Below are positions 40,937 to 55,300 of a stretch of DNA of 64,000 nt, piece by piece. The DNA is from Eledone cirrhosa. Lineage: Eukaryota. The position numbers were made by a program, and so were the translations under genes. How positions within the stretch are numbered: position 1 is the stretch's first letter; the number at the start of each line of letters is the position of its first letter. The notes under the pieces are model-generated. The model was given only the letters and a program-made list of their open reading frames with translations, was not told the DNA's origin and did not search any database. The stretch spans positions 35,650,001 through 35,714,000 of the forward strand of contig OZ024758.1 in assembly GCA_964016885.1 (NCBI GenBank), in the 5' to 3' direction.

Positions 40937-43900
40937 ATGGTATTAGCTGTCAGAAGTCACTCCAATGTTGGTGAGAATTCATTTAAGTTCATGGTATTAG
41001 CTGTCAGAAGTCACTCCACTGTTGGTGAGAATTCATTTAAGTTCATGGTACTAGCTGTCCGAAGTAACCCCAATGTTGGTGAGAATTCATTTAAGTTCAT
41101 GGTATTAGCTGTCAGAAGTCACTCCAATGTTGGTGAGAATTCATTTAAGTTCATGGTATTAGCTGTCAGAAGTAACTCCACTGTTGGTGAGAATTCATTT
41201 AAGTTCATGGTATTAGCTGTCAGAAGTAACTCCACTGTTGGTGAGAATTCATTTAAGTTCATGGTATTAGCTGTCAGAAGGAACTCCACTGTTGGTGAGA
41301 ATTCATTTAAGTTCATGGTACTAGCTGTCAGAAGTAACTCCACTGTTGGTGAGAATTCATTTAAGTTCATGGTACTAGCTGTCAGAAGTAACTCCAATGT
41401 TGGTGAGAATTCATTTAAGTTCATGGTATTAGCTGTCAGAAGTAACTCCACTGTTGGTGAGAGTTCATTTAAGTCATGGTATTAGCTGTCAGAAGTAACT
41501 CCAATGTTGGTGAGAATTCATTTAAGTTCATGGTATTAGCTATCAGAAGGAACGCCACTGTTGGTGAGAATTAATTTAAGTTCATGGTATTAGCTGTCAG
41601 AAGTAACTCCACTGTTGGTGAGAATTCATTTAAGTTCATGGTACTAGCTGTCAGAAGTAACTCCAATGTTGGTGAGAATTCATTTAAGTTCATGGTATTA
41701 GCTGTCAGAAGGAACTCCACTGTTGGTGAGAATTCATTTAAGTTCATGGTATTAGCTGTCAGAAGTAACTCCACTGTTGGTGAGAATTCATTTAAGTCAT
41801 GGTATTAGCTGTCAGAAGTAACTCCATTGTTGGTGAGAATTCATTTAAGTCATGGTACTAGCTGTCAGAAGTAACTCCAATGTTGGTGAGAATTCATTTA
41901 AGTCATGGTACTAGCTGTCAGAAGTAACTCCAATGTTGGTGAGAATTCATTTAAGTTCATGGTATTAGCTGTCAGAAGGAACTCCACTGTTGGTGAGAAT
42001 TCATTTAAGTTCATGGTATTAGCTGTCAGAAGTAACTCCACTGTTGGTGAGAATTCATTTAAGTTCATGGTATTAGCTGTCAGAAGTAACTCCACTGTTG
42101 GTGAGAATTCATTTAAGTTCATGGTACTAGCTGTCAGAAGTAACTCCAATGTTGGTGAGAATTCATTTAAGTTCATGGTATTAGCTGTCAGAAGTAACTC
42201 CACTGTTGGTGAGAATTCATTTAAGTCATGGTATTAGCTGTCAGAAGTAACTCCAATGTTGGTGAGAATTCATTTAAGTTCATGGTACTAGCTGTCAGAA
42301 GTAACTCCAATGTTGGTGAGAATTCATTTAAGTTCATGGTATTAGCTGTCAGAAGGAACTCCACTGTTGCTGAAAATTCATTTAAGTTCATGGTATTAGC
42401 TGTCAGAAGTAACTCCACTGTTGGTGAGAATTCATTTAAGTTCATGGTACTAGCTGTCAGAAGTAACTCCACTGTTGGTGAGAATTCATTTAAGTTCATG
42501 GTATTAGCTGTCAGAAGTAACGCCACTGTTGGTGAGAATTCATTTAAGTTCATGGTATTAGCTGTCAGAAGTAACTCCACTGTTGGTGAGAATTCATTTA
42601 AGTTCATGGTACTAGCTGTCAGAAGTAACTCCAATGTTGGTGAGAATTCATTTAAGTTCATGGTATTAGCTGTCAGAAGGAACTCCACTGTTGGTGAGAA
42701 TTCATTTAAGTTCATGGTATTAGCTGTCAGAAGTAACTCCACTGTTGGTGAGAATTCATTTAAGTTCATGGTATTAGCTGTCAGAAGTCACTCCAATGTT
42801 GGTGAGAATTCATTTAAGTTCATGGTATTAGCTGTCAGAAGTCACTCCACTATTGGTGAGAATTCATTTAAGTTCATGGTACTAGCTGTCCGAAGTAACC
42901 CCAATGTTGGTGAGAATTCATTTAAGTTCATGGTATTAGCTGTCAGAAGTCACTCCAATGTTGGTGAGAATTCATTTAAGTTCATGGTATTAGCTGTCAG
43001 AAGTAACTCCACTGTTGGTGAGAATTCATTTAAGTTCATGGTATTAGCTGTCAGAAGTAACTCCACTGTTGGTGAGAATTCATTTAAGTTCATGGTATTA
43101 GCTGTCAGAAGGAACTCCACTGTTGGTGAGAATTCATTTAAGTTCATGGTACTAGCTGTCAGAAGTAACTCCACTGTTGGTGAGAATTCATTTAAGTTCA
43201 TGGTATTAGTTTGTCAGAAGTAACTCCACTGTTGGTGAGAATTCATTTAAGTCATGGTATTAGTTGTCAGAAGTAACTCCAATTTTGGTGAGAATTCATT
43301 TAAGCCATGGTACTAGCTGTCAGAAGTAACTCCAATGTTGGTGAGAATTCATTTAAGTTCATGGTATTAGCTGTCAGAACGAACTCCACTGTTGGTGAGA
43401 ATTCATTTAAGTTCATGGTATTAGCTGTCAGAAGTAACTCCACTGTTGGTGAGAATTCATTTAAGTTCAGGGTACTAGCTGTCAGAAGTAACTCCAATGT
43501 TGGTGAGAATTCATTTAAGTTCATGGTATTAGCTGTCAGAAGGAACTCCACTGTTGGTGAGAATTCATTTAAGTTCATGGTATTAGCTGTCAGAAGTAAC
43601 TCCACTGTTGGTGAGAATTCATTTAAGTTCATGGTATTAGCTGTCAGAAGTAACTCCACTGTTGGTGAGAATTCATTTAAGTTCATGGTATTAGCTGTCA
43701 GAAGTAACTCCACTGTTGGTGAGAATTCATTTAAGTTTATGGTACTAGCTGTAAGAAGTAACTCCACTGTTGGTGAGAGTTCATTTAAGTCATGGTACTA
43801 GCTGTCAGAAGTAACTCCAATGTTGGTGAGAATTCATTTAAGTTCATGGTATTAGCTGTCAGAAGTAACTCCACTGTTGGTGAGAATTCATTTAAGTTCA

Positions 43901-45890
43901 TGGTATTAGCTGTCAGAAGTAACTCCACTGTTGGTGAGAATTCATTTAAGTTCATGGTACTAGCTGTCAGAAGTAACTCCACTGTTGGTGAGAATGCATT
44001 TAAGTTCATGGTATTAGTTTGTCAGAAGTAACTCCACTGTTGGTGAGAATTCATTTAAGTCATGGTATTAGTTGTCAGAAGTAACTCCAATGTTGGTGAG
44101 AATTCATTTAAGTTCATGGTATTAGCTGTCAGAAGGAACTCCGCTGTTGGTGAGAATTCATTTAAGTTCATGGTATTAGCTGTCAGAAGGAACTCCAATG
44201 TTGGTGAGAATTCATTTAAGTCATGGTACTAGCTGTCAGAAGTAACTCCACTGTTGGTGAGAATTCATTTAAGTTCATGGTATTAGCTGTCAGAAGGAAC
44301 GCCACTGTTGGTGAGAATTCATTTAAGTTCATGGTATTAGCTGTCAGAAGTAACTCCACTGTTGGTGAGAATTCATTTAAGTTCATGGTACTAGCTGTCA
44401 GAAGTAACTCCAATGTTGGTGAGAATTCATTTAAGTTCATGGTATTAGCTGTCAGAAAGAACTCCACTGTTGGTGAGAATTCATTTAAGTTCATGGTATT
44501 AGCTGTCAGAAGTAACTCCACTGTTGGTGAGAATTCATTTAAGTTCATGGTATTAGCTGTCAGAAGTCACTCCAATGTTGGTGAGAATTCATTTAAGTTC
44601 ATGGTATTAGCTGTCAGAAGTCACTCCACTGTTGGTGAGAATTCATTTAAGTTCATGGTACTAGCTGTCCGAAGTAACCCCAATGTTGGTGAGAATTCAT
44701 TTAAGTTCATGGTATTAGCTGTCAGAAGTCACTCCAATGTTGGTGAGAATTCATTTAAGTTCATGGTATTAGCTGTCAGAAGTAACTCCACTGTTGGTGA
44801 GAATTCATTTAAGTTCATGGTATTAGCTGTCAGAAGTAACTCCACTGTTGGTGAGAATTCATTTAAGTTCATGGTATTAGCTGTCAGAAGGAACTCCACT
44901 GTTGGTGAGAATTCATTTAAGTTCATGGTACTAGCTGTCAGAAGTAACTCCACTGTTGGTGAGAATTCATTTAAGTTCATGGTACTAGCTGTCAGAAGTA
45001 ACTCCAATGTTGGTGAGAATTCATTTAAGTTCATGGTATTAGCTGTCAGAAGTAACTCCACTGTTGGTGAGAGTTCATTTAAGTCATGGTATTAGCTGTC
45101 AGAAGTAACTCCAATGTTGGTGAGAATTCATTTAAGTTCATGGTATTAGCTATCAGAAGGAACGCCACTGTTGGTGAGAATTAATTTAAGTTCATGGTAT
45201 TAGCTGTCAGAAGTAACTCCACTGTTGGTGAGAATTCATTTAAGTTCATGGTACTAGCTGTCAGAAGTAACTCCAATGTTGGTGAGAATTCATTTAAGTT
45301 CATGGTATTAGCTGTCAGAAGGAACTCCACTGTTGGTGAGAATTCATTTAAGTTCATGGTATTAGCTGTCAGAAGTAACTCCACTGTTGGTGAGAATTCA
45401 TTTAAGTCATGGTATTAGCTGTCAGAAGTAACTCCATTGTTGGTGAGAATTTATTTAAGTCATGGTACTAGCTGTCAGAAGTAACTCCAATGTTGGTGAG
45501 AATTCATTTAAGTCATGGTACTAGCTGTCAGAAGTAACTCCAATGTTGGTGAGAATTCATTTAAGTTCATGGTATTAGCTGTCAGAAGGAACTCCACTGT
45601 TGGTGAGAATTCATTTAAGTTCATGGTATTAGCTGTCAGAAGTAACTCCACTGTTGGTGAGAATTCATTTAAGTTCATGGTATTAGCTGTCAGAAGTAAC
45701 TCCACTGTTGGTGAGAATTCATTTAAGTTCATGGTACTAGCTGTCAGAAGTAACTCCAATGTTGGTGAGAATTCATTTAAGTTCATGGTATTAGCTGTCA
45801 GAAGTAACTCCACTGTTGGTGAGAATTCATTTAAGTCATGGTATTAGCTGTCAGAAGTAACTCCACTGTTGGTGAGAATTCATTTAAGTT
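40937..45890. repeat. Duplicated ~1.3-kb block at offset 3610 bp
   Basis: Offsets 41045/44655, 41584/45194, 41905/45515 and 42228/45838 equal 3610. The private variant gaattaattt was seen only at ~41573 and ~45183. Confidence 0.8.
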
Positions 45891-48800
45891 CATGGTATTA
45901 GCTGTCAGAAGTAACTCCACTGTTGGTGAGAATTCATTTAAGTTCATGGTATTAGCTGTCAGAAGGAACTCCACTGTTGCTGAAAATTCATTTAAGTTCA
46001 TGGTATTAGCTGTCAGAAGTAACTCCACTGTTGGTGAGAATTCATTTAAGTTCATGGTACTAGCTGTCAGAAGTAACTCCACTGTTGGTGAGAATTCATT
46101 TAAGTTCATGGTATTAGCTGTCAGAAGTCACTCCAATGTTGGTGAGAATTCATTTAAGTTCATGGTATTAGCTGTCAGAAGTCACTCCACTGTTGGTGAG
46201 AATTCATTTAAGTTCATGGTACTAGCTGTCCGAAGTAACCCCAATGTTGGTGAGAATTCATTTAAGTTCATGGTATTAGCTGTCAGAAGTCACTCCAATG
46301 TTGGTGAGAATTCATTTAAGTTCATGGTATTAGCTGTCAGAAGTAACTCCACTGTTGGTGAGAATTCATTTAAGTTCATGGTATTAGCTGTCAGAAGTAA
46401 CTCCACTGTTGGTGAGAATTCATTTAAGTTCATGGTATTAGCTGTCAGAAGGAACTCCACTGTTGGTGAGAATTCATTTAAGTTCATGGTACTAGCTGTC
46501 AGAAGTAACTCCACTGTTGGTGAGAATTCATTTAAGTTCATGGTATTAGTTTGTCAGAAGTAACTCCACTGTTGGTGAGAATTCATTTAAGTCATGGTAT
46601 TAGTTGTCAGAAGTAACTCCAATGTTGGTGAGAATTCATTTAAGCTATGGTACTAGCTGTAAGAAGTAACTCCAATGTTGGTGAGAATTCATTTAAGTTC
46701 ATGGTATTAGCTGTCAGAAGGAACTCCACTGTTGGTGAGAATTCATTTAAGTTCATGGTATTAGCTGTCAGAAGTAACTCCACTGTTGGTGAGAATTCAT
46801 TTAAGTACATGGTACTAGCTGTCAGAAGTAACTCCAATGTTGGTGAGAATTCATTTAAGTTCATGGTATTAGCTGTCAGAAGTAACTCCACTGTTGGTGA
46901 GAGTTCATTTAAGTCATGGTATTAGCTGTCAGAAGTAACTCAAATGTTGGTGAGAATTCATTTAAGTTCATGGTATTAGCTGTCAGAAGTAACTCCACTG
47001 TTGGTGAGAATTCATTTAAGTTCATGGTATTAGCTGTCAGAAGTAACTCCACTGTTGGTGAGAATTCATTTAAGTTCATGGTACTAGCTGTCAGAAGTAA
47101 CTCCACTGTTGGTGAGAATTCATTTAAGTTCATGGTATTAGTTTGTCAGAAGTAACTCCACTGTTGGTGAGAATTCATTTAAGTCATGGTATTAGTTGTC
47201 AGAAGTAACTCCAATGTTGGTGAGAATTCATTTAAGTTCATGGTATTAGCTGTCAGAAGGAACTCCACTGTTGGTGAGAATTCATTTAAGTTCATGGTAT
47301 TAGCTGTCAGAAGGAACTCCAATGTTGGTGAGAATTCATTTAAGTCATGGTACTAGCTGTCAGAAGTAACTCCACTGTTGGTGAGAATTCATTTAAGTTC
47401 ATGGTATTAGCTGTCAGAAGGAACGCCACTGTTGGTGAGAATTCATTTAAGTTCATGGTATTAGCTGTCAGAAGTAACTCCACTGTTGGTGAGAATTCAT
47501 TTAAGTTCATGGTACTAGCTGTCAGAAGTAACTCCAATGTTGGTGAGAATTCATTTAAGTTCATGGTATTAGCTGTCAGAAGGAACTCCACTGTTGGTGA
47601 GAATTCATTTAAGTTCATGGTATTAGCTGTCAGAAGTAACTCCACTGTTGGTGAGAATTCATTTAAGTTCATGGTATTAGCTGTCAGAAGTCACTCCAAT
47701 GTTGGTGAGAATTCATTTAAGTTCATGGTATTAGCTGTCAGAAGTCACTCCACTATTGGTGAGAATTCATTTAAGTTCATGGTACTAGCTGTCCGAAGTA
47801 ACCCCAATGTTGGTGAGAATTCATTTAAGTTCATGGTATTAGCTGTCAGAAGTCACTCCGATGTTGGTGAGAATTCATTTAAGCTCATGGTATTAGCTGT
47901 CAGAAGTAATTCCACTGTTGGTGAGAATTCATTTAAGTTCATGGTATTAGCTGTCAGAAGTAACTCCACTGTTGGTGAGAATTCATTTAAGTTCATGGTA
48001 TTAGCTGTCAGAAGGAACTCCACTGTTGGTGAGAATTCATTTAAGTTCATGGTACTAGCTGTCAGAAGTAACTCCACTGTTGGTGAGAATTCATTTAAGT
48101 TCATGGTATTAGTTTGTCAGAAGTAACTCCACTGTTGGTGAGAATTCATTTAAGTCATGGTATTAGTTGTCAGAAGTAACTCCAATGTTGGTGAGAATTC
48201 ATTTAAGCCATGGTACTAGCTGTCAGAAGTAACTCCAATGTTGGTGAGAATTCATTTAAGTTCATGGTATTAGCTGTCAGAACGAACTCCACTGTTGGTG
48301 AGAATTCATTTAAGTTCATGGTATTAGCTGTCAGAAGTAACTCCACTGTTGGTGAGAATTCATTTAAGTTCAGGGTACTAGCTGTCAGAAGTAACTCCAA
48401 TGTTGGTGAGAATTCATTTAAGTTCATGGTATTAGCTGTCAGAAGGAACTCCACTGTTGGTGAGAATTCATTTAAGTTCATGGTATTAGCTGTCAGAAGT
48501 AACTCCACTGTTGGTGAGAATTCATTTAAGTCATGTTATTAGCTGTCAGAAGTAACTCCATTGTTGGTGAGAATTCATTTAAGTCATGGTACTAGCTGTC
48601 AGAAGTAACTCCAATGTTGGTGAGAATTCATTTAAGTCATGGTACTAGCTGTCAGAAGTAACTCCAATGTTGGTGAGAATTCATTTAAGTTCATGGTATT
48701 AGCTGTCAGAAGGAACTCCACTGTTGGTGAGAATTCATTTAAGTTCATGGTATTAGCTGTCAGAAGTAACTCCACTGTTGGTGAGAATTCATTTAAGTTC

Positions 48801-49339
48801 ATGGTATTAGCTGTCAGAGGTAACTCCACAGTTGGTGAGAATTCATTTAAGTTCATGGTACTAGCTGTCAGAAGTAACTCCAATGTTGGTGAGTATTCAT
48901 TTAAGTTCATGGTATTAGCTGTCAGAAGTAACTCCACTGTTGGTGAGAATTCATTTACGTCATGGTATTAGCTGTCAGAAGTAACTCCAATGTTGGTGAG
49001 AATTCATTTAAGTTCATGGTATTAGCTGTCAGAATTAACTCCAATGTTGGTGAGAATTCATTTAAGTTCATGGTATTAGCTGTCAGAAGGAACTCCACTG
49101 TTGCTGAGAATTCATTTAAGTTCATGGTATTAGCTGTCAGAAGTAACTCCACTGTTGGTGAGAATTCATTTAAGTTCATGGTACTAGCTGTCACAAGTAA
49201 CTCCACTGTTGGTGAGAATTCATTTAAGTTCATGGTATTAGCTGTCAGAAGTCACTCCAATGTTGGTGAGAATTCATTTAAGTTCATGGTATTAGCTGTC
49301 AGAAGTCACTCCACTGTTGGTGAGAATTCATTTAAGTTC
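44655..49339. repeat. Cleanest run of the ~29-monomer higher-order repeat (1561 + 1563 + 1561 bp)
   Basis: The landmark monomer (ATGGTACTAGCTGTC[C/A]GAAGTAACCCCAAT...) starts at 44655, 46216, 47779 and 49340. The same 1561/1563 pairs occur at 10606-13730, 22187-25311, 36306-39430 and (as 1563/1561) at 56565-59689. Confidence 0.85.
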
Positions 49340-52300
49340 ATGGTACTAGCTGTCAGAAGTAACCCCAATGTTGGTGAGAATTCATTTAAGTTCATGGTAT
49401 TAGCTGTCAAAAGTCACTCCAATGTTGGTGAGAATTCATTTAAGTTCATGGTATTAGCTGTCAGAAGTAACTCCACTGTTGGTGAGAATTCATTTAAGTT
49501 CATGGTATTAGCTGTCAGAAGTAACTCCACTGTTGGTGAGAATTCATTTAAGTTCATGGTATTAGCTGTCAGAAGGAACTCCACTGTTGGTGAGAATTCA
49601 TTTAAGTTCATGGTACTAGCTGTCAGAAGTAACTCCACTGTTGGTGAGAATTCATTTAAGTTCATGGTATTAGTTTGTCAGAAGTAACCCCAATGTTGGT
49701 GAGAATTCATTTAAGTTCATGGTATTAGCTGTCAGAAGTCACTCCAATGTTGGTGAGAATTCATTTAAGTTCATGGTATTAGCTGTCAGAAGTAACTCCA
49801 CTGTTGGTGAGAATTCATTTAAGTTCATGGTATTAGCTGTCAGAAGTAACTCCACTGTTGGTGAGAATTCATTTAAGTTCATGGTATTATCTGTCAGAAG
49901 TAACTCCACTGTTGGTGAGAATTCATTTAAGTTCATGGTATTAGCTGTCAGAAGGAACTCCAATGTTGGTGAGAATTCATTTAAGTCATGGTACTAGCTG
50001 TCAGAAGTAACTCCACTGTTGGTGAGAATTCATTTAAGTTCATGGTATTAGCTGACAGAAAGAACGCCACTGTTGGTGAGAATTCATTTAAGTTCATGGT
50101 ATTAGCTGTCAGAAGTAACTCCACTGTTGGTGAGAATTCATTTAAGTTCATGGTACTAGCTGTCAGAAGTAACTCCAATGTTGGTGAGAATTCATTTAAG
50201 TTCATGGTATTAGCTGTCAGAAGGAACTCCACTGTTGCTGAGAATTCATTTAAGTTCATGGTATTAGCTGTCAGAAGTAACTCCACTGTTGGTGAGAATT
50301 CATTTAAGTTCATGGTACTAGCTGTCAGAAGTAACTCCACTGTTGGTGAGAATTCATTTAAGTTCATGGTATTAGCTGTCAGAAGTCACTCCACTGTTGG
50401 TGAGAATTCATTTAAGTTCATGGTACTAGCTGTCCGAAGTAACCCCAATGTTGGTGAGAATTCATTTAAGTTCATGGTATTAGCTGTCAGAAGTCACTCC
50501 AATGTTGGTGAGAATTCATTTAAGTTCATGGTATTAGCTGTCAGAAGTAACTCCACTGTTGGTGAGAATTCATTTAAGTTCAGGGTACTAGCTGTCAGAA
50601 GTAACTCCAATGTTGGTGAGAATTCATTTAAGTTCATGGTATTAGCTGTCAGAAGGAACTCCACTGTTGGTGAGAATTCATTTAAGTTCATGGTATTAGC
50701 TGTCAGAAGTAACTCCACTGTTGGTGAGAATTCATTTAAGTTCAGGGTACTAGCTGTCAGAAGTAACTCCAATGTTGGTGAGAATTCATTTAAGTTCATG
50801 GTATTAGCTGTCAGAAGGAACTCCACTGTTGGTGAGAATTCATTTAAGTTCATGGTATTAGCTGTCAGAAGTAACTCCACTGTTGGTGAGAATTCATTTA
50901 AGTCATGTTATTAGCTGTCAGAAGTAACTCCATTGTTGGTGAGAATTCATTTAAGTCATGGTACTAGCTGTCAGAAGTAACTCCAATGTTGGTGAGAATT
51001 CATTTAAGTCATGGTACTAGCTGTCAGAAGTAACTCCAATGTTGGTGAGAATTCATTTAAGTTCATGGTATTAGCTGTCAGAAGGAACTCCACTGTTGGT
51101 GAGAATTCATTTAAGTTCATGGTATTAGCTGTCAGAAGTAACTCCACTGTTGGTGAGAATTCATTTAAGTTCATGGTATTAGCTGTCAGAGGTAACTCCA
51201 CTGTTGGTGAGAATTCATTTAAGTTCATGGTACTAGCTGTCAGAAGTAACTCCAATGTTGGTGAGTATTCATTTAAGTTCATGGTATTAGCTGTCAGAAG
51301 TAACTCCACTGTTGGTGAGAATTCATTTACGTCATGGTATTAGCTGTCAGAAGTAACTCCAATGTTGGTGAGAATTCATTTAAGTTCATGGTATTAGCTG
51401 TCAGAATTAACTCCAATGTTGGTGAGAATTCATTTAAGTTCATGGTATTAGCTGTCAGAAGGAACTCCACTGTTGCTGAGAATTCATTTAAGTTCATGGT
51501 ATTAGCTGTCAGAAGTAACTCCACTGTTGGTGAGAATTCATTTAAGTTCATGGTACTAGCTGTCAGAAGTAACTCCACTGTTGGTGAGAATTCATTTAAG
51601 TTCATGGTATTAGCTGTCAGAAGTCACTCCAATGTTGGTGAGAATTCATTTAAGTTCATGGTATTAGCTGTCAGAAGTCACTCCAATGTTGGTGAGAATT
51701 CATTTAAGTTCATGGTATTAGCTGTCAGAAGTCACTCCACTGTTGGTGAGAATTCATTTAAGTTCATGGTACTAGCTGTCAGAAGTAACCCCAATGTTGG
51801 TGAGAATTCATTTAAGTTCATGGTATTAGCTTTCAGAAGTCACTCCAATGTTGGTGAGAATTCATTTAAGTTCATGGTATTAGCTGTCAGAAGTAACTCC
51901 ACTGTTGGTGAGAATTCATTTAAGTTCATGGTATTAGCTGTCAGAAGTAACTCCACTGTTGGTGAGAATTCATTTAAGTTCATGGTATTAGCTGTCAGAA
52001 GGAACTCCACTGTTGGTGAGAATTCATTTAAGTTCATGGTACTAGCTGTCAGAAGTAACTCCACTGTTGGTGAGAATTCATTTAAGTTCATGGTATTAGT
52101 TTGTCAGAAGTAACCCCAATGTTGGTGAGAATTCATTTAAGTTCATGGTATTAGCTGTCAGAAGTCACTCCAATGTTGGTGAGAATTCATTTAAGTTAAT
52201 GGTATTAGCTGTCAGAAGTAACTCCACTGTTGGTGAGAATTCATTTAAGTTCATGGTATTAGCTGTCAGAAGTAACTCCACTGTTGGTGAGAATTCATTT

Positions 52301-55300
52301 AAGTTCATGGTATTAGCTGTCAGAAGTAACTCCACTGTTGGTGAGAATTCATTTAAGTTCATGGTATTAGCTGTCAGAAGGAACTCCAATGTTGGTGAGA
52401 ATTCATTTAAGTCATGGTACTAGCTGTCAGAAGTAACTCCACTGTTGGTGAGAATTCATTTAAGTTCATGGTATTAGCTGACAGAAGGAACGCCACTGTT
52501 GGTGAGAATTCATTTAAGTTCATGGTATTAGCTGTCAGAAGTAACTCCACTGTTGGTGAGAATTCATTTAAGTTCATGGTACTAGCTGTCAGAAGTAACT
52601 CCAATGTTGGTGAGAATTCATTTAAGTTCATGGTATTAGCTGTCAGAAGGAACTCCACTGTTGCTGAGAATTCATTTAAGTTCATGGTATTAGCTGTCAG
52701 AAGTAACTCCACTGTTGGTGAGAATTCATTTAAGTTCATGGTACTAGCTGTCAGAAGTAACTCCACTGTTGGTGAGAATTCATTTAAGTTCATGGTATTA
52801 GCTGTCAGAAGTCACTCCAATGTTGGTGAGAATTCATTTAAGTTCATGGTATTAGCTGTCAGAAGTCACTCCACTGTTGGTGAGAATTCATTTAAGTTCA
52901 TGGTACTAGCTGTCCGAAGTAACCCCAATGTTGGTGAGAATTCATTTAAGTTCATGGTATTAGCTGTCAGAAGTCACTCCAATGTTGGTGAGAATTCATT
53001 TAAGTTCATGGTATTAGCTGTCAGAAGTAACTCCACTGTTGGTGAGAATTCATTTAAGTTCATGGTATTAGCTGTCAGAAGTAACTCCACTGTTGGTGAG
53101 AATTCATTTAAGTTCATGGTATTAGCTGTCAGAAGGAACTCCACTGTTGGTGAGAATTCATTTAAGTTCATGGTACTAGCTGTCAGAAGTAACTCCACTG
53201 TTGGTGAGAATTCATTTAAGTTCATGGTATTAGTTTGTCAGAAGTAACTCCTCTGTTGGTGAGAATTCATTTAAGTCATGGTATTAGTTGTCAGAAGTAA
53301 CTCCAATGTTGGTGAGAATTCATTTAAGCCATGGTACTAGCTGTCAGAAGTAACTCCAATGTTGGTGAGAATTCATTTAAGTTCATGGTATTAGCTGTCA
53401 GAAGGAACTCCACTGTTGGTGAGAATTCATTTAAGTTCATGGTATTAGCTGTCAGAAGTAACTCCACTGTTGGTGAGAATTCATTTAAGTTCATGGTACT
53501 AGCTGTCAGAAGTAACTCCAATGTTGGTGAGAATTCATTTAAGTTCATGGTATTAGCTGTCAGAAGTAACTCCACTGTTGGTGAGAGTTCATTTAAGTCA
53601 TGGTATTAGCTGTCAGAAGTAACTCCAATGTTGGTGAGAATTCATTTAAGTTCATGGTATTAGCTGTCAGAAGTAACTCCACTGTTGGTGAGAATTCATT
53701 TAAGTTCATGGTATTAGCTGTCAGAAGTAACTCCACTGTTGGTGAGAATTCATTTAAGTTCATGGTACTAGCTGTCAGAAGTAACTCCACTGTTGGTGAG
53801 AATTCATTTAAGTTCATGGTATTAGTTTGTCAGAAGTAACTCCACTGTTGGTGAGAATTCATTTAAGTCATGGTATTAGTTGTCAGAAGTAACTCCAATG
53901 TTGGTGAGAATTCATTTAAGTTCATGGTATTAGCTGTCAGAAGGAACTCCACTGTTGGTGAGAATTCATTTAAGTTCATGGTATTAGCTGTCAGAAGGAA
54001 CTCCAATGTTGGTGAGAATTCATTTAAGTCATGGTACTAGCTGTCAGAAGTAACTCCACTGTTGGTGAGAATTCATTTAAGTTCATGGTGTTAGCTGTCA
54101 GAAGGAACGCCACTGTTGGTGAGAATTCATTTAAGTTCATGGTATTAGCTGTCAGAAGTAACTCCACTGTTGGTGAGAATTCATTTAAGTTCATGGTACT
54201 AGCTGTCAGAAGTAACTCCAATGTTGGTGAGAATTCATTTAAGTTCATGGTATTAGCTGTCAGAAGGAACTCCACTGTTGGTGAGAATTCATTTAAGTTC
54301 ATGGTATTAGCTGTCAGAAGTAACTCCAATGTTGGTGAGAATTCATTTAAGTTCATGGTATTAGCTGTCAGAAGGAACTCCACTGTTGGTGAGAATTCAT
54401 TTAAGTTCATGGTATTAGCTGTCAGAAGTAACTCCACTGTTGGTGAGAATTCATTTAAGTTCAGGGTACTAGCTGTCAGAAGTAACTCCAATGTTGGTGA
54501 GAATTCATTTAAGTTCATGGTATTAGCTGTCAGAAGGAACTCCACTGTTGGTGAGAATTCATTTAAGTTCATGGTATTAGCTGTCAGAAGTAACTCCACT
54601 GTTGGTGAGAATTCATTTAAGTCATGTTATTAGCTGTCAGAAGTAACTCCAATGTTGGTGAGAATTCATTTAAGTCATGGTACTAGCTGTCAGAAGTAAC
54701 TCCAATGTTGGTGAGAATTCATTTAAGTCATGGTACTAGCTGTCAGAAGTAACTCCAATGTTGGTGAGAATTCATTTAAGTTCATGGTATTAGCTGTCAG
54801 AAGGAACTCCACTGTTGGTGAGAATTCATTTAAGTTCATGGTATTAGCTGTCAGAAGTAACTCCACTGTTGGTGAGAATTCATTTAAGTTCATGGTATTA
54901 GCTGTCAGAGGTAACTCCACTGTTGGTGAGAATTCATTTAAGTTCATGGTACTAGCTGTCAGAAGTAACTCCAATGTTGGTGAGTATTCATTTAAGTTCA
55001 TGGTATTAGCTGTCAGAAGTAACTCCACTGTTGGTGAGAATTCATTTACGTCATGGTATTAGCTGTCAGAAGTAACTCCAATGTTGGTGAGAATTCATTT
55101 AAGTTCATGGTATTAGCTGTCAGAATTAACTCCAATGTTGGTGAGAATTCATTTAAGTTCATGGTATTAGCTGTCAGAAGGAACTCCACTGTTGCTGAGA
55201 ATTCATTTAAGTTCATGGTATTAGCTGTCAGAAGTAACTCCACTGTTGGTGAGAATTCATTTAAGTTCATGGTACTAGCTGTCAGAAGTAACTCCACTGT

